From NCBI GenBank assembly GCA_963707955.1, contig OY970176.1, positions 2,048,001 to 2,112,000 of the forward strand: 64,000 bases of DNA, given 5' to 3'. Below the pieces are notes generated by a model. The model did not search any database. It had not been told where the DNA came from and saw only the letters and a program-made list of their open reading frames with translations. Source of the stretch: Candidatus Bathyarchaeota archaeon (GTDB lineage Archaea; Thermoproteota; Bathyarchaeia; Bathyarchaeales; Bathycorpusculaceae). Positions 1 to 10,642 of the stretch are shown here, one piece after another; the first letter of the stretch is position 1, and the number at the start of each line of letters is the position of its first letter. A program made the position numbers and the translations under genes.

Positions 1-1
1 A

Positions 2-232
2 AGCTGGTTCAGAGACGTTGAGGAAGCGAAGAAGAGGGCGGAGGCAGAAGGAGTCGAAGACTGGAAAGCGCTGTGCAAGTCCAAGCCGCCTAAGCTGGAC
101 GCCGCGTTGAAGAGGATCATCGGAGAGATGTACATGGCGGTTTCAAACGAGGTGACGGAGCGGAGGATGTTCGATGTTCCGAGCCTTGCAGAAACGGTGA
201 AAAATTACAGGGATTACGTGGGCCACACTTAG
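2..232 (+). CDS. purC: 3' end of probable SAICAR synthetase (partial)
   Basis: Frame 2 reads SWFRDVEEAKK...DWKALCKSKPPKLD...EMYMAVSNEVT...stop. It resembles the archaeal PurC C-terminus and converges on a purP-family gene. Confidence 0.55.
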   Translation, partial: SWFRDVEEAKKRAEAEGVEDWKALCKSKPPKLDAALKRIIGEMYMAVSNEVTERRMFDVPSLAETVKNYRDYVGHT

Positions 233-1662
233 GTTACAAGCTCGTGCAGTTGGCCCTTCTTCAAGGCTCTCCTCATTTCAAGGGCTATGCGGTCGCCGGT
301 GCTCAGCCGCTTCTTGTACTTCGCGTTCGCGTACTGCGAGCCCAACCCCATGTGCACGTTCGTTCCTCCCCCGTGCCTCAGGGCAACGTCCTGCGTCACT
401 GGAATGTGCATGTACGGGTCCTTTTCTCCGTGTATGTCGTAGAGAGCATAGTCCGTCGTCTTCTTCGCTTCAGCGCCGCCTGTGAAGTCCAGTTTAACCG
501 TGGGCTTCAGCTCATACTTTGAAACTCTGTCCCACGTGATCAGGGTCTGCAGGCACCATGCTCCGATTATTCCTGGGCTCGCGTGTTCTCTGCAAGCGAG
601 CAGGAAACGGTCCGCGTAGCGGTGCATGTCCTTCAGCAAGGATTCTCTGAGGCTAAGAATAGCGTGAGCCGTGACCTCGAAAGACGGGATCCTCTTTATC
701 TTCTCCTGAACGTCAATGGGCAGTCTCTTCAGCCCGTCGAGAATAGTTTCTCTGCGCTCGTCTATCGACAGGAACTGGTTGGCCAGGCAGATGCGGGCTT
801 CTTCCATGCTAACGTTGTAGAGCTTCGCGAACCAGTCGTCAACGTCTCCCCACTCGCTCTTCGCGTCCAGCGGCGAGTAGAAGAAGTTAAAGTTCGCGTG
901 AGGTCCGAGAACGATCTGCTCCACGCGGCCGTTCTCCAGGGCCTTCTTGCTGAGGTTTCCAGCCTTAACTTCCCTCGCAACCTTCTCTTCCAAATCGTTC
1001 GAGTCAGCGGCGAAGATGAACTCTCTCTCAAACGCTCGGTGCGCGTGTTCAGCCTTAAGGATCATCGGCTCGTCAACAGGCTCCTTGAACTTTATCCCGT
1101 TTTTCTGCACTTGGTAGTGATAAGACTTAGGAGTTGGAATGCCGGCTTTTTCCGCAAACCAGTAGTAGTCCTTCTCGACCTCGCCCCTGTTCTCTATCTT
1201 CAGAAGGTTTCTCGAACCGAGTATCGGCACGCCGTACTTGTTCTCGATCACGCTGCACCGCTCGTCTCCACCCACGTAGACGGCGAAGGCCCTGTTCGTG
1301 ACCTGCATACACTCCAGGTCGACGAGCTCGTCGACGTACTTGACTATGTCAGAGTACTTGTCAAGTATGAGTATGACGCTTCTCCAGTCTCCGTTCTTCT
1401 TTATGTCCTTAGGGTCGTTGACGACGCGCAGGTCACGCTTCACCAGGCCCGGCAGGTCTTCAACGGTCTCGTCTGGCCTGCCGACCATGGGGTTCTGAAG
1501 GTAAATTCTCGCCCTTCCAGGCGTCGTGTAAATTATGCTCCTCACGCCGTAGTTGCGTTGGCCCTGCCAAGCGTCCAAGGCAGAGTGGGACCCGAGGTTG
1601 AGTCCGACGGGTTCCCTGTATCTTCTAACTATCTCCTGCATCTCCTCTCTCTTTATGACCAT
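229..1662 (-). CDS. purP: PurP-family ATP-grasp protein (formate-dependent AICAR formyl ligase-like, DUF1246/DUF1297)
   Basis: GSHSALD motif, VTNRAF, NFNFFYS, SIDERRE, LRESLL, RHGGGTN, STGDRIALE. Start set at MVIKRE. Confidence 0.8.
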   Translation of the reverse strand: MVIKREEMQEIVRRYREPVGLNLGSHSALDAWQGQRNYGVRSIIYTTPGRARIYLQNPMVGRPDETVEDLPGLVKRDLRVVNDPKDIKKNGDWRSVILILDKYSDIVKYVDELVDLECMQVTNRAFAVYVGGDERCSVIENKYGVPILGSRNLLKIENRGEVEKDYYWFAEKAGIPTPKSYHYQVQKNGIKFKEPVDEPMILKAEHAHRAFEREFIFAADSNDLEEKVAREVKAGNLSKKALENGRVEQIVLGPHANFNFFYSPLDAKSEWGDVDDWFAKLYNVSMEEARICLANQFLSIDERRETILDGLKRLPIDVQEKIKRIPSFEVTAHAILSLRESLLKDMHRYADRFLLACREHASPGIIGAWCLQTLITWDRVSKYELKPTVKLDFTGGAEAKKTTDYALYDIHGEKDPYMHIPVTQDVALRHGGGTNVHMGLGSQYANAKYKKRLSTGDRIALEMRRALKKGQLHELVT

Positions 1663-1994
1663 AGACTTCACCGCTGTGGGTAGCAAGTTAGCTATTAATC
1701 ACATTTTAAATCTTTTCACAAAAGAAGGCAAAACCCTTGAAGAGTCGGAAAGGAATCTGGAAGGCACACGTCAACGGCGATTTGCTAGAGAAACGACCCA
1801 TTTTTGGGTTACTTATATGCACCTTTCGGTCAAAATTGCTAGGGACAAACCGCCACTTATACCTGTTTCCTTTGTAGCAAGAAATAGAGATATCTCAAGC
1901 ACACTCACTTTTTTTATTTTTTAATGCGCTCTCCATCTGTCGAACGCCAAATCTTAAATATATCTATCAATACACTGACTCTTGTGAGATCATT

Positions 1995-2954
1995 TTGTCA
2001 ACTCAACCATCGTATGGAAATGCCTTGGACGAGTGGAAAGAAGCACGCTCTGTACTCGCCAGGTATGACACCAACCTTCATGACCTGAGGAAGTACGGAT
2101 TCGGCTTCGTCACCGCCCTCCTGGCGGCCAATGGTCTACTCAGCCAAGGCGGTACATCCGTCGTTCCACTCGGAGTCAAGGCAGCCATTCTCGTGGCCAC
2201 TATGGGTTTGATTGTGGCTCTCAAACTTCTGGATACTCACTATCGCCTGTTCCAGAAGGCCGCTTCGATACGTGGCAGAATCTTGGAAGATCGGCTAAAC
2301 CTCGACATAACCAACGACATATCCTTCTTCTACGGCTTGGAAGCTTGGTGGTGGTACGTGCAGGTTCTCTACTACGCATTTGTGGGCCTGACGTTTGTGC
2401 TTGGACTCGCAATCTTGTGGGGCAACGCGCTACTCATTATTGGGATGCTCGTAGCTGCATTGGTTTCATGTTGGCTAATCTGGTTCATCAACAGGGAAAA
2501 ACCCACGGCGTTGGAAGATTGGAGCGTCGATAATAAGATTGTGAGTCAGGGTACCCCTGTGAGGATAACATATACAAATCTGAACTCTGGAGATCGCGGC
2601 GATCATCCAGGCAAGCTGAGGCTTTGGTGGAACGTCAAGCGTGAGGCGGCTATGACGGAGGCAGCGTTTGTGAAGGAGGAATCCCCCGTGGAGGTGCAGC
2701 TGCGGTACTTTGAAAATTACGACTGGCTGTGGGAGACTAAAGAAGTGAACCCCGGTTTGTACGAGCTTGCAATGTTCTCCCCTCCCATAGTGCAAAGGGG
2801 GAGAGAGGCCTTGCGCATGTTGGTGGCCCGCATCGACGCACCTGCGGCGTGGGGACCATCGTCGAGATTGACAATTCAAGTTACTAAGGCGAAGCCGGAA
2901 GAACCCGTTAAGGTTGTGCTGGAGAAGACTGGGGAGAAGACTGGCCACTCGTGA
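1995..2954 (+). CDS. hypothetical membrane protein (about 4 TM plus a beta-rich C-terminal domain)
   Basis: 319-aa ORF with hydrophobic segments; upstream CTTAAATA TATA-like box. Confidence 0.6.
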   Translation: MSTQPSYGNALDEWKEARSVLARYDTNLHDLRKYGFGFVTALLAANGLLSQGGTSVVPLGVKAAILVATMGLIVALKLLDTHYRLFQKAASIRGRILEDRLNLDITNDISFFYGLEAWWWYVQVLYYAFVGLTFVLGLAILWGNALLIIGMLVAALVSCWLIWFINREKPTALEDWSVDNKIVSQGTPVRITYTNLNSGDRGDHPGKLRLWWNVKREAAMTEAAFVKEESPVEVQLRYFENYDWLWETKEVNPGLYELAMFSPPIVQRGREALRMLVARIDAPAAWGPSSRLTIQVTKAKPEEPVKVVLEKTGEKTGHS

Positions 2955-3207
2955 CTTATGTGACACCGACAGAAGCTTATTGATCGTCTGTCATTTGGGC
3001 TGACTGAAGACAACTGTGCCAACGAGGTTTTTTGGGAACTGTCTAATCTAGACAGGTATCTTAGAGAATTGAAATAGCACGCGCTCTGCGACCCGAACCG
3101 AGAATATGCCCAAAATATGGTGATGTTCTAGAGGTTTCTTCTATTTTGTTCTTACATACGTGGTTATAAGAGATGAAAGCGGCTTGATTTCTTGCGGAGA
3201 AGGGAGA

Positions 3208-3393
3208 ATGGCTGAGTCTTGCGGCTGGGTTTTCGTTGACAACGTGCCCCTGCTCTACGACAGGAGAAGGGTTGCGAGGCAGCTTCAAGTGGAAACTTGG
3301 CTGGAGCTCTCGCGGCTCGTGACAGAGTTGAAGATGCTGGACCTGGAACCTTACAAGTTGGGGGCACAGTCGACAGCGGGCTACATCGCTTAG
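3208..3393 (+). CDS. small hypothetical protein
   Basis: ATG after a GGGAG-like RBS; stop overlaps the convergent kinase stop. Confidence 0.35.
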   Translation: MAESCGWVFVDNVPLLYDRRRVARQLQVETWLELSRLVTELKMLDLEPYKLGAQSTAGYIA

Positions 3394-4142
3394 AGGCCGC
3401 AAGACTCCAACACGTCATCGAAATTCTCTCGGTTTACATTCTTCTTGTAGCGTCTAAGCGAGTCAATCATGGTCTTCCTGTCTCTACAGCCAAGTCTCTC
3501 AGCCACTTTACGCGAGAACTCGCTGATGAACAAGAACTGGCAGATCGACGTGACGTTGGATGGCCTTCGGTTCACGCTGGCCGATTCAAAATCAACGATG
3601 AACGCGTTGTCCTCCGCGGTCACGATCACGTGTTTCGGCGCGTGGCTCAGTTCACCATGGTCCAGACCGGCCACGTCCAGACTCCAACACTCCTCAAGTA
3701 CGTCGCGCAGAACCCTCTTCGTCCGCACCCTGCCCACCTTTTCTTCAAGCCATTTTGGAAGCAATTCGCCCTCAACGAACTGCATCATGAGAAAGTCTTT
3801 GCTGACTCCCAAGAGTCTGGGGCCCACGTCCACTAGGTTTGCCTTCCTGAGCATTGCGGCTTCCCGGCGCATACTAGCTCTGTCAGCGTCCATCCTCCTG
3901 ATTTTCAGGGCGACCTTCTCACCGTCCTTGTAAGCAATGGCGACTATGCCGACGCAACCCTTGCCCAGCACGTGCACGTTGAGGACCTGCTTCTCCCCCG
4001 TTAACTCTAGGGCGGCTATTCCCAGTTTTCTCAGCTCAGCCAGACGCTTCCTCAGTTCCGTCTTGGTCGCCATGGGATAGCACACTATCGACGCGTAGTT
4101 GGTTTTCAGAACGTTTTCGTCTCTCTTTAGCATAAGATTCAT
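3390..4142 (-). CDS. archaeal RIO-like Ser/Thr protein kinase
   Basis: LGKGCVGIV glycine loop, VALKIRR, HGELS catalytic loop, IVDFE. Confidence 0.8.
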   Translation of the reverse strand: MNLMLKRDENVLKTNYASIVCYPMATKTELRKRLAELRKLGIAALELTGEKQVLNVHVLGKGCVGIVAIAYKDGEKVALKIRRMDADRASMRREAAMLRKANLVDVGPRLLGVSKDFLMMQFVEGELLPKWLEEKVGRVRTKRVLRDVLEECWSLDVAGLDHGELSHAPKHVIVTAEDNAFIVDFESASVNRRPSNVTSICQFLFISEFSRKVAERLGCRDRKTMIDSLRRYKKNVNRENFDDVLESCGL

Positions 4143-4372
4143 TTTGTGAATCGTTATGGGCTTGTTTGATCCTGTTGAAGAATGGCTTGGCACATGTTCA
4201 ATGAGTACTTTGTGTGTTTATAGCTTACTTTCGTCTTTTTGAGACCTTTATGAAAAAGTCTAGTAGCGCGCGCGAATAGGAGATCCTCTTAAACACTAAA
4301 AAAGGGGATAATGGAAGAAAACTGTTTACATTTGCAGAAATCCATCTATTGCCTCGAAAGCATATTGGCGTT

Positions 4373-4747
4373 CTACAGCGTGACCTGTGCTTCAAAGTCA
4401 TAGACCGTTGCCAACGCGCCAGTCCATGTTATGGTTGAAAGTCCGCTACCGTCTGTAGTCGAACCAGCCCCAATACTATAGTAGCTGACACCATCGGTAG
4501 ATTCTAAAAAGACAACAGTCGTAAGTCCTGCAACCGGGTTGCCATGTGCGTCTAAAACTTGTGCAGTCAGTTCCATACCTGTACCAGGAACATAAGCAGC
4601 CGAAGTTATTGTAACAGTGTATCTCAGATCCACCGTAACAACTGGGCTGGTGATTGTAAATGAGGCATAAGCAACCAGACCAGCACCAACTACGAGTAGC
4701 AATACGCTAGTAGCCAACAACAAACCACTTCTGCTCATTTTCATCAT
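4373..4747 (-). CDS. secreted Ig-like (Big_1-like) protein
   Basis: N-terminal signal peptide; LTAQVLDAHGNPV...TTDGSG Ig-like pattern. Confidence 0.6.
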   Translation of the reverse strand: MMKMSRSGLLLATSVLLLVVGAGLVAYASFTITSPVVTVDLRYTVTITSAAYVPGTGMELTAQVLDAHGNPVAGLTTVVFLESTDGVSYYSIGAGSTTDGSGLSTITWTGALATVYDFEAQVTL

Positions 4748-4830
4748 TTCTATCTCACCTCCTCCTTTCTCCTATTTCTCCTGTTTAGTTCGTAACGTGA
4801 ACCGCTCGGTCATGAAATGACCATTATTGC

Positions 4831-5253
4831 CTATTCCTTTTCGTTGTCTTTCAGAGTGTAGGCTGCGATAAACCAGTAATTGCCGTTGCTGGGTGCTGAC
4901 CAACAGAAAGTCGCTGTACCATTGTGCCCAGTGACGCTATGGCCAATTTCTTTCAGGATGCGGCCGGCAGAATTGCAAGTGTAAAAGTGGATTAGGACTC
5001 CTGCAACGTCTTCTTTATCATAAGACACGCGTCCCTTTTCATAGCGTTCTTCCGTAACCGTAAGACAAGCTGTCAGAGTGATCGTGCTGAAATGCACTTT
5101 TGCAGTGAGAGAGAGGCTGTATCGTTTGCCACTGTCAGCTTCGGCCTGTACCAAAAAAGGTGTGCTGAGCATCACCAGAACGATAAGCCCGATTAATATT
5201 TTCTTCTTATATTCAACTTTCGTAAAGCGAATTTTTCGAATTTGATTGCTCAA
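4831..5253 (-). CDS. secreted Ig-like protein
   Basis: Signal/TM segment; TGHNGTATF...GNYWFIAAY beta-sandwich pattern. Confidence 0.55.
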   Translation of the reverse strand: MSNQIRKIRFTKVEYKKKILIGLIVLVMLSTPFLVQAEADSGKRYSLSLTAKVHFSTITLTACLTVTEERYEKGRVSYDKEDVAGVLIHFYTCNSAGRILKEIGHSVTGHNGTATFCWSAPSNGNYWFIAAYTLKDNEKE

Positions 5254-5663
5254 AATGCACTAGACTCTTTAGCTAGCTCTACGGGTTCATTTATAAAACT
5301 TGTGGAGTTTTCTTCTATAATCCAGCTCTATGGAATAACCTGAAATATTGGCCGAATCGCGCGCGCCAAGAGTGTGCTCAACGTCTGAACGAGTCTCTCT
5401 TTTCTCTTTGGGTTTGGGATAAAACTTTACCCCCACACCGACAAATCGTCGCGTATCTATCCTTAGCCTCGCGCGCGCCATCATTTTGAGTTCTAAAAAC
5501 TGGGAGTCCGCAAACAGGACGCATTTCCGTAGTCAAGCGCATTTACACGATTTCAAAGGATTTTCACGTAAAATACCAGAAGTATTCATTCACTCATAGC
5601 CCGCGCTAATTGATTAGGAGCGAGAAGATTGAATAGGCAAGGAGAGCAACCCAAATACTTATT

Positions 5664-6083
5664 CTAGCGTTTCTTATGGGCACGCTTCCACTCGTCATAC
5701 TTTTCCAATGCCTCATCGACTTGGCGGGTTATGAAGTCCTCCGCACTTTGGTAAGGTGTGCTCATTTCCTTCACAGCGTCATTCAGCTTTTCATACTGTT
5801 CTCTAGGGATTTCCACGCACTCGTTTTCTCCCTTCAACCAGGTTAGTCTGAAACGTATAGCGTCGCGAATGAATTCTTCCTTAGTGGTGAAACCCATGTG
5901 CTTGTTTTCTTCAATGAAATTCTGCGTTTGTATGAGGAGTTCGGGTGGAAGCATGACGGACTCATTGATGAGCGCGTTTATCGCGTCTTGGTAGGTTTGC
6001 ATTTTGCTTGTCTGAACCATCAACTCACCTAGTAGCGATGTAAGTTTCTGATGGGTGTCATCCGATATTTTGAGGGTTTTCAT
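5664..6083 (-). CDS. ribbon-helix-helix/CopG-type DNA-binding protein (tandem RHH units), likely regulator of the element
   Basis: MKTLKISDDTHQKL; GFTTKEEFIRDAIR; YQSAEDFI. Divergent from the packaging operon. Confidence 0.65.
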   Translation of the reverse strand: MKTLKISDDTHQKLTSLLGELMVQTSKMQTYQDAINALINESVMLPPELLIQTQNFIEENKHMGFTTKEEFIRDAIRFRLTWLKGENECVEIPREQYEKLNDAVKEMSTPYQSAEDFITRQVDEALEKYDEWKRAHKKR

Positions 6084-6543
6084 GACGTTTCCATCCTAGT
6101 TCATATGTCATCAGAGCAGCACAAGAATGTTTAGTAGTATTAGGTTTAAAACTTCTCCCCTGTATACCAAGTGTCCTGTGTACCGCCAGCGGACTCTTGC
6201 TCGTCGTCTCGCACGATATCCTCCTGCGTACCGTCTGGTATTTCTAATCCATAAGGCATTGTAAAGACAGAAGCCTCGCCGCCTTTGAGTGGCGTTCGAG
6301 TTGGTATTTTTGACACATAAAAGAAGTAAAGAGACTTTGTTAAGAAGACAGATTCGCCGGCTAACACTTTCTACCAGTTTCCATGATCGTCTGCGTTGCG
6401 AAACCGTCAGTAAGTTGTCACGGATAGAACTCTTAAGATTGCTAAATCATCCTGTCCAACTGGATCAGGTTCCAGAAGTAGAAAAAGGCGAGGTTCTCGT
6501 AGACTCTCGCGGCGAGGGCTCCTTTCAAAGGATGCGTTAGATA

Positions 6544-6897
6544 ATGCCCACTGACCGAAGAGGAGGATGGGTCTATTTGCCTCGTGTAAGCATGAAAAGG
6601 ATGGTTTGTAAACGCCTACAGAAGTGCAGGCGAATTCTTCAGATTGACACTCAGCAGATTCGCTTCAAGGTAATCAAAAAGCTTGAGGAAATGTTCGACT
6701 GCGCTCATGCTTTAAGTCAGAACACAGGTCTGGGTCTTCGCGAACGGCAGAAATGGGCAAGAATCGCGGCCTACATCGCTCAAACGATTAACAGCGTTTC
6801 GGCAGGATTCGACGAACAGAAGGTTAACCGTGAGCTTGACGAGTTAGAGAACCTTGTCAATCAAGCCAGAGCAAAGACGAAGGATGGAAAGGCTTAA
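6544..6897 (+). CDS. putative terminase small subunit
   Basis: Small helical protein overlapping the terL start; positional call only. Confidence 0.45.
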   Translation: MPTDRRGGWVYLPRVSMKRMVCKRLQKCRRILQIDTQQIRFKVIKKLEEMFDCAHALSQNTGLGLRERQKWARIAAYIAQTINSVSAGFDEQKVNRELDELENLVNQARAKTKDGKA

Positions 6898-8233
6898 GCG
6901 CGAGGTGCTCAAGCCTGAGGACGTTGCTCTTCCAAAAGATCCTGTTGAATTTGTGAAGGCCGTTTTCAATTTTAACCCAACAGACTACCAGGAGCGGCTT
7001 CTCAGAGACAAGAGCAAGCGAATAGTCGTGCGGTGGTGCCGTCAAGCTGGAAAAACAACGACTATCGCGCTGGGAGCAATCTGGTTCGGCTTGACCTATC
7101 CGAAAACGTTGACGCTCATCGTGGCGCCAAGCTTGAGGCAAAGCATGATAATGGGTGACTGTGTTCAGGATTTCCTTAACAGTCTACCCCAAGACCTTCA
7201 TGAGGCACTCATAGATAAGCAGCAGCGAACTGTCACGCGGTTCAAGAACGCCAGCAGAATCGTGATCCTGCCAAACTCGCCTCAGCTTCTGCGAGGTTAC
7301 ACAGCTCACAAAGTCGTACTAGAAGAGTGCAACTTTTTCCCTGCAGACGAGCTGATAGTTCACAGTGTCATCTACCCAATGCTTGCAACGACGGACGGTA
7401 CGCTCATCGCTGCGAGTACTCCTTGGAATAAAGACAGCATCTTTTACCGCATGTGCCAAAGCAACCAGTTCAGCAAGCATGTTGCAACGTGCGACGACGT
7501 CGTAAGAGCCGGCACCATCAAACAAGAATTCATCGACCAGATGCGTGCTGAACTTCCGTACGAACGTTTCCAAAGAGAATTCAAAGCAGAATTCATTGAA
7601 GATATCGACACTTGGCTCACCCAGAGCTTGATCGTAAGCTGCATTGACAGTCAATTGCAGCCCTACGATTTTCAGGACCGACCGAAGGGCGAGTTTTACG
7701 TCGGCATCGACTTCGGCAAAGAACAGGACTTCAGCATAGTCCTAGTAGCTGAGAAGTCTGGACCTACAGTACGAATAATTCATGTGCACAGGTTCCCGCT
7801 AAAGACGGAATACGCAAGCGTGATCGGCTACGTGAAAAGCCTCCAGGACCGCTGGCAAACCGTGAGGGCAGTTTACGCAGACATAACCGGCGTAGGGGGT
7901 TACATCGTCGAGGACATGGTCCGCAGCGGGATCCAAGGCGTGACCGGCGTAACCTTCACGGTGCAGTCGAAGGAAGAAATGGCCACGATCATGCGGGAAA
8001 AAATGCGGACAGCTGAGGTCAAGATTCCATACGTACCCGCGAGAAAACTGGAAGATGTCGATTTGACTGCTGAGTTGAACATTGAAAAGTATGAGTTGAT
8101 GAAGACTGGGCACATCAGGTTCAGCCATCCAGAAGGCGGCCACGATGACGTTTTCTGGTCTGCAGCCTTAGCTGTTTACGCTTCTGTCAAGGCGCCGCTG
8201 CCTGGAAGAGGCGCGTTCATGCTTCCGCATTAG
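6854..8233 (+). CDS. terL: terminase large subunit
   Basis: Walker A RQAGKT, Walker B VVLEE, STP coupling motif, nuclease GIDFG...D and HDD. Confidence 0.93.
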   Translation: MSIKPEQRRRMERLKREVLKPEDVALPKDPVEFVKAVFNFNPTDYQERLLRDKSKRIVVRWCRQAGKTTTIALGAIWFGLTYPKTLTLIVAPSLRQSMIMGDCVQDFLNSLPQDLHEALIDKQQRTVTRFKNASRIVILPNSPQLLRGYTAHKVVLEECNFFPADELIVHSVIYPMLATTDGTLIAASTPWNKDSIFYRMCQSNQFSKHVATCDDVVRAGTIKQEFIDQMRAELPYERFQREFKAEFIEDIDTWLTQSLIVSCIDSQLQPYDFQDRPKGEFYVGIDFGKEQDFSIVLVAEKSGPTVRIIHVHRFPLKTEYASVIGYVKSLQDRWQTVRAVYADITGVGGYIVEDMVRSGIQGVTGVTFTVQSKEEMATIMREKMRTAEVKIPYVPARKLEDVDLTAELNIEKYELMKTGHIRFSHPEGGHDDVFWSAALAVYASVKAPLPGRGAFMLPH

Positions 8234-8236
8234 AAG

Positions 8237-9631
8237 GTGTTGAAAGTGAGTTTCAGAGAGAGAGTTAAGAAAGGCTTTAATGCGATTCGCAAAGCTACTG
8301 GCAGGTTTACAGCTCAGAGACAAGTTCCGCCTGAGATTAGCAAGAAGCAGATCCAAGAAGAGATTCCTGTTACTTGGGGAAAAGACCCAACCCTCTTAGG
8401 CTACGTTAACAAGTACATCTTGAAAGCATCAGGCATCGGTTTCATCACTCCGCCCTACATGGCCTACTGGGAGCGAATCTGGGGCGCAACACCGATAGAA
8501 GACCTGCCGAAATACAAAGACATGTACACGTTCACGCCGTACATCAAAGCCTCCATTGATGTAACTATTAACCTTGCTTTGAGCAACGGGTTTGAACTCG
8601 AAGGCGCAGATGACGCTGTTCGAGAATGGCTCACGAACTGGCTTGATGAGCAGAACATCCTGCAAACGCTAAGGATTGTCGGGACAGACATGCTTGTCTC
8701 AGGGAACGCTTACCTAGAACTTTGCCGTGACGAAGACGATGGCACAATACAGTGGCTTAAACCATTAGACCCGGTGCACATGCGCGTTCGCCGGGATGCT
8801 TACGGCAACGTCTTCGGCTTCGTTCAACTTCTAACTTTTCCACCCGTAACGTTCACTGCTCAAGATATTGTTCATTTTCGCTGGGGTTCTAAGAGTTGGT
8901 GGTACGAGTACAGCTACGGCACAAGCCTACTGCGACCGCTTCTTCTCATTCAAGCACTAATAGACGATTTCCAGACCGACATGGCAACGATCATGAAAGT
9001 GTACACGAAACCGATGCTGGTCGTCCAAGCAGGTACGCCTGAGATTCCATGGGGAGATGCGCAGTTAAGCGCTCTTGTTCAGGCTTTTCAAGACAGGATG
9101 CCTGCGACAGACGTGTTCGTAAGAGGCGATGTCACCGCTAAAGTTCTGCCAAGTATGACCAAAGAGATAAACGTTCAATGGTGGCTCGACTATCTTCACG
9201 GGCAGCGTCAAGCCGTTTTAGGCGTTCCGAAGATTTTCCTAGGTGAAAGCGAAGGGACAAACCGCGCAACTGCTGAAATCGTGATGCAAGAATATGTCAC
9301 TAGACTAAGGATGCTTCAAGAGCTTATTGGAGATACGCTGGAAACTGACTTGTTTAAGCAGCTGGTTGAAAGCAAGTTCGGTGAAGGCGTCGAGATTCCG
9401 AAGGTCAAGTGGCGTCCGATTTGGGAGCCGACAGTACAGGAGAAAGCCGCTTACATGGTCGCGCTGGTACAGAACCAAATTGCAACGATACCTGAAGCAA
9501 GAGTAGCCCTAGGCCTACCGCTGGAGCCAGAACAAAGCGAAGGCACATTGCCTACAGCAAGCGGCGGAACTGCGCTCACCGGGCAGCCCGAGGAAAAGAA
9601 GCCTGTTGCTTTGCCTCTTGAAACGAAGTGA
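8237..9631 (+). CDS. portal protein
   Basis: After terL; GNAYLE, LKPLDP, DIVHFR, YGTSLL, LGVP, EARVALG. Confidence 0.9.
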   Translation: MLKVSFRERVKKGFNAIRKATGRFTAQRQVPPEISKKQIQEEIPVTWGKDPTLLGYVNKYILKASGIGFITPPYMAYWERIWGATPIEDLPKYKDMYTFTPYIKASIDVTINLALSNGFELEGADDAVREWLTNWLDEQNILQTLRIVGTDMLVSGNAYLELCRDEDDGTIQWLKPLDPVHMRVRRDAYGNVFGFVQLLTFPPVTFTAQDIVHFRWGSKSWWYEYSYGTSLLRPLLLIQALIDDFQTDMATIMKVYTKPMLVVQAGTPEIPWGDAQLSALVQAFQDRMPATDVFVRGDVTAKVLPSMTKEINVQWWLDYLHGQRQAVLGVPKIFLGESEGTNRATAEIVMQEYVTRLRMLQELIGDTLETDLFKQLVESKFGEGVEIPKVKWRPIWEPTVQEKAAYMVALVQNQIATIPEARVALGLPLEPEQSEGTLPTASGGTALTGQPEEKKPVALPLETK

Positions 9632-9906
9632 CTTCTTTGTCTCGCTACGCAGAGGCTGCCGCATACTACAGCCATTATGCCCAGCTTGCGCCTCTTCAAA
9701 AACCTGTAACGCATACTTGGGTCTTCACTCTAGTTGATGACAAAAAACTCTGCGAAAGTTGTGACGAGTTTCGCGGAGAATCATATGAACTTGCAGACCC
9801 AGCAGAGTTAGAAGAGGCTTTTCCGTATGGCGAGCAAGTTGACTCTGCAACTTTCGCCTGTAACATCCATCCAAATTGCCGTTGCATTATGGAGAGGGTG
9901 ACTTGA
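9628..9906 (+). CDS. minimal MuF/SPP1 gp7-like head morphogenesis protein
   Basis: CxxC plus HPNCRC motif, directly after portal. Confidence 0.7.
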   Translation: MTSLSRYAEAAAYYSHYAQLAPLQKPVTHTWVFTLVDDKKLCESCDEFRGESYELADPAELEEAFPYGEQVDSATFACNIHPNCRCIMERVT

Positions 9907-10139
9907 AACCTGAGAAACTCGTAACGATGCACTGCCCGAGCTGCGGGGCAGATTTCGACAAGCAGCCAATAATCATAATCAACCGTTCAAACGGGTCAAG
10001 CCACATGGAGGAGCATCTTCCGAAGAAGTGTAAATACTGCAAAACAGGCCTTGTCCGCAGCGTTACGAAGACGAAGACCACTTTTAAGTTTGGGAAACTC
10101 AATGCAGAAGATCGACAAAACGTTGGCATACCAGCTTAA
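9903..10139 (+). CDS. zinc-ribbon protein
   Basis: CPSC...CKYC. Confidence 0.45.
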   Translation: MKPEKLVTMHCPSCGADFDKQPIIIINRSNGSSHMEEHLPKKCKYCKTGLVRSVTKTKTTFKFGKLNAEDRQNVGIPA

Positions 10140-10641
10140 CAGCTTGGTGAACCAGAAGCCATATAACCAGCAGCATCCAGCAGCAGCATTCTGGCCTCGG
10201 ATGTCTTGTAGCGGGTTATGTCGCTTTACTCTTGTGATGCGGCGTTTCCATGTAAGCTGCTTCTGGTGTCGTCTCCGCAGGTTCTTCTATGGAAAACTAG
10301 ACAGATCAAAATATCACTTTAATCCAAAATTCGGCCCACTGATTGTGCCGAATGATGTGACTCTGAGAAGCATATTCAAGAAAGTCTATAAAGATAGAAC
10401 TTTTTTGATTCGGACTTCAAAAGGATTACAGGTGAAAAAAGTAAACCACGTATTGATGGATGAAAGGCCGGTCTACAATCTATGGGTTGATAATAATAGA
10501 CGGTTCAAACCTGTCAAAGACATCCTCTTTGATAAAGTTTTCAAGAAAATCGAAGAATTGGTAAATACTGAGAATCTTTCTTTTCCAAAGCAGCTTGAGT
10601 TACGCTATCTTTACAATGTAGCAGAAGCGTTGGCGAATTAA
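10102..10641 (+). CDS. hypothetical viral protein
   Basis: ORF in operon; start uncertain. Confidence 0.5.
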   Translation: MQKIDKTLAYQLNSLVNQKPYNQQHPAAAFWPRMSCSGLCRFTLVMRRFHVSCFWCRLRRFFYGKLDRSKYHFNPKFGPLIVPNDVTLRSIFKKVYKDRTFLIRTSKGLQVKKVNHVLMDERPVYNLWVDNNRRFKPVKDILFDKVFKKIEELVNTENLSFPKQLELRYLYNVAEALAN

Positions 10642-10642
10642 C

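Noticed and set aside
583-1683. 366-aa + strand ORF
   Set aside because: Antisense shadow of the purP-family gene; no motifs
5287-6540. Short ORFs 5287-5484, 6146-6367 and 6289-6540
   Set aside because: No motifs or clear RBS; probably regulatory or intergenic DNA
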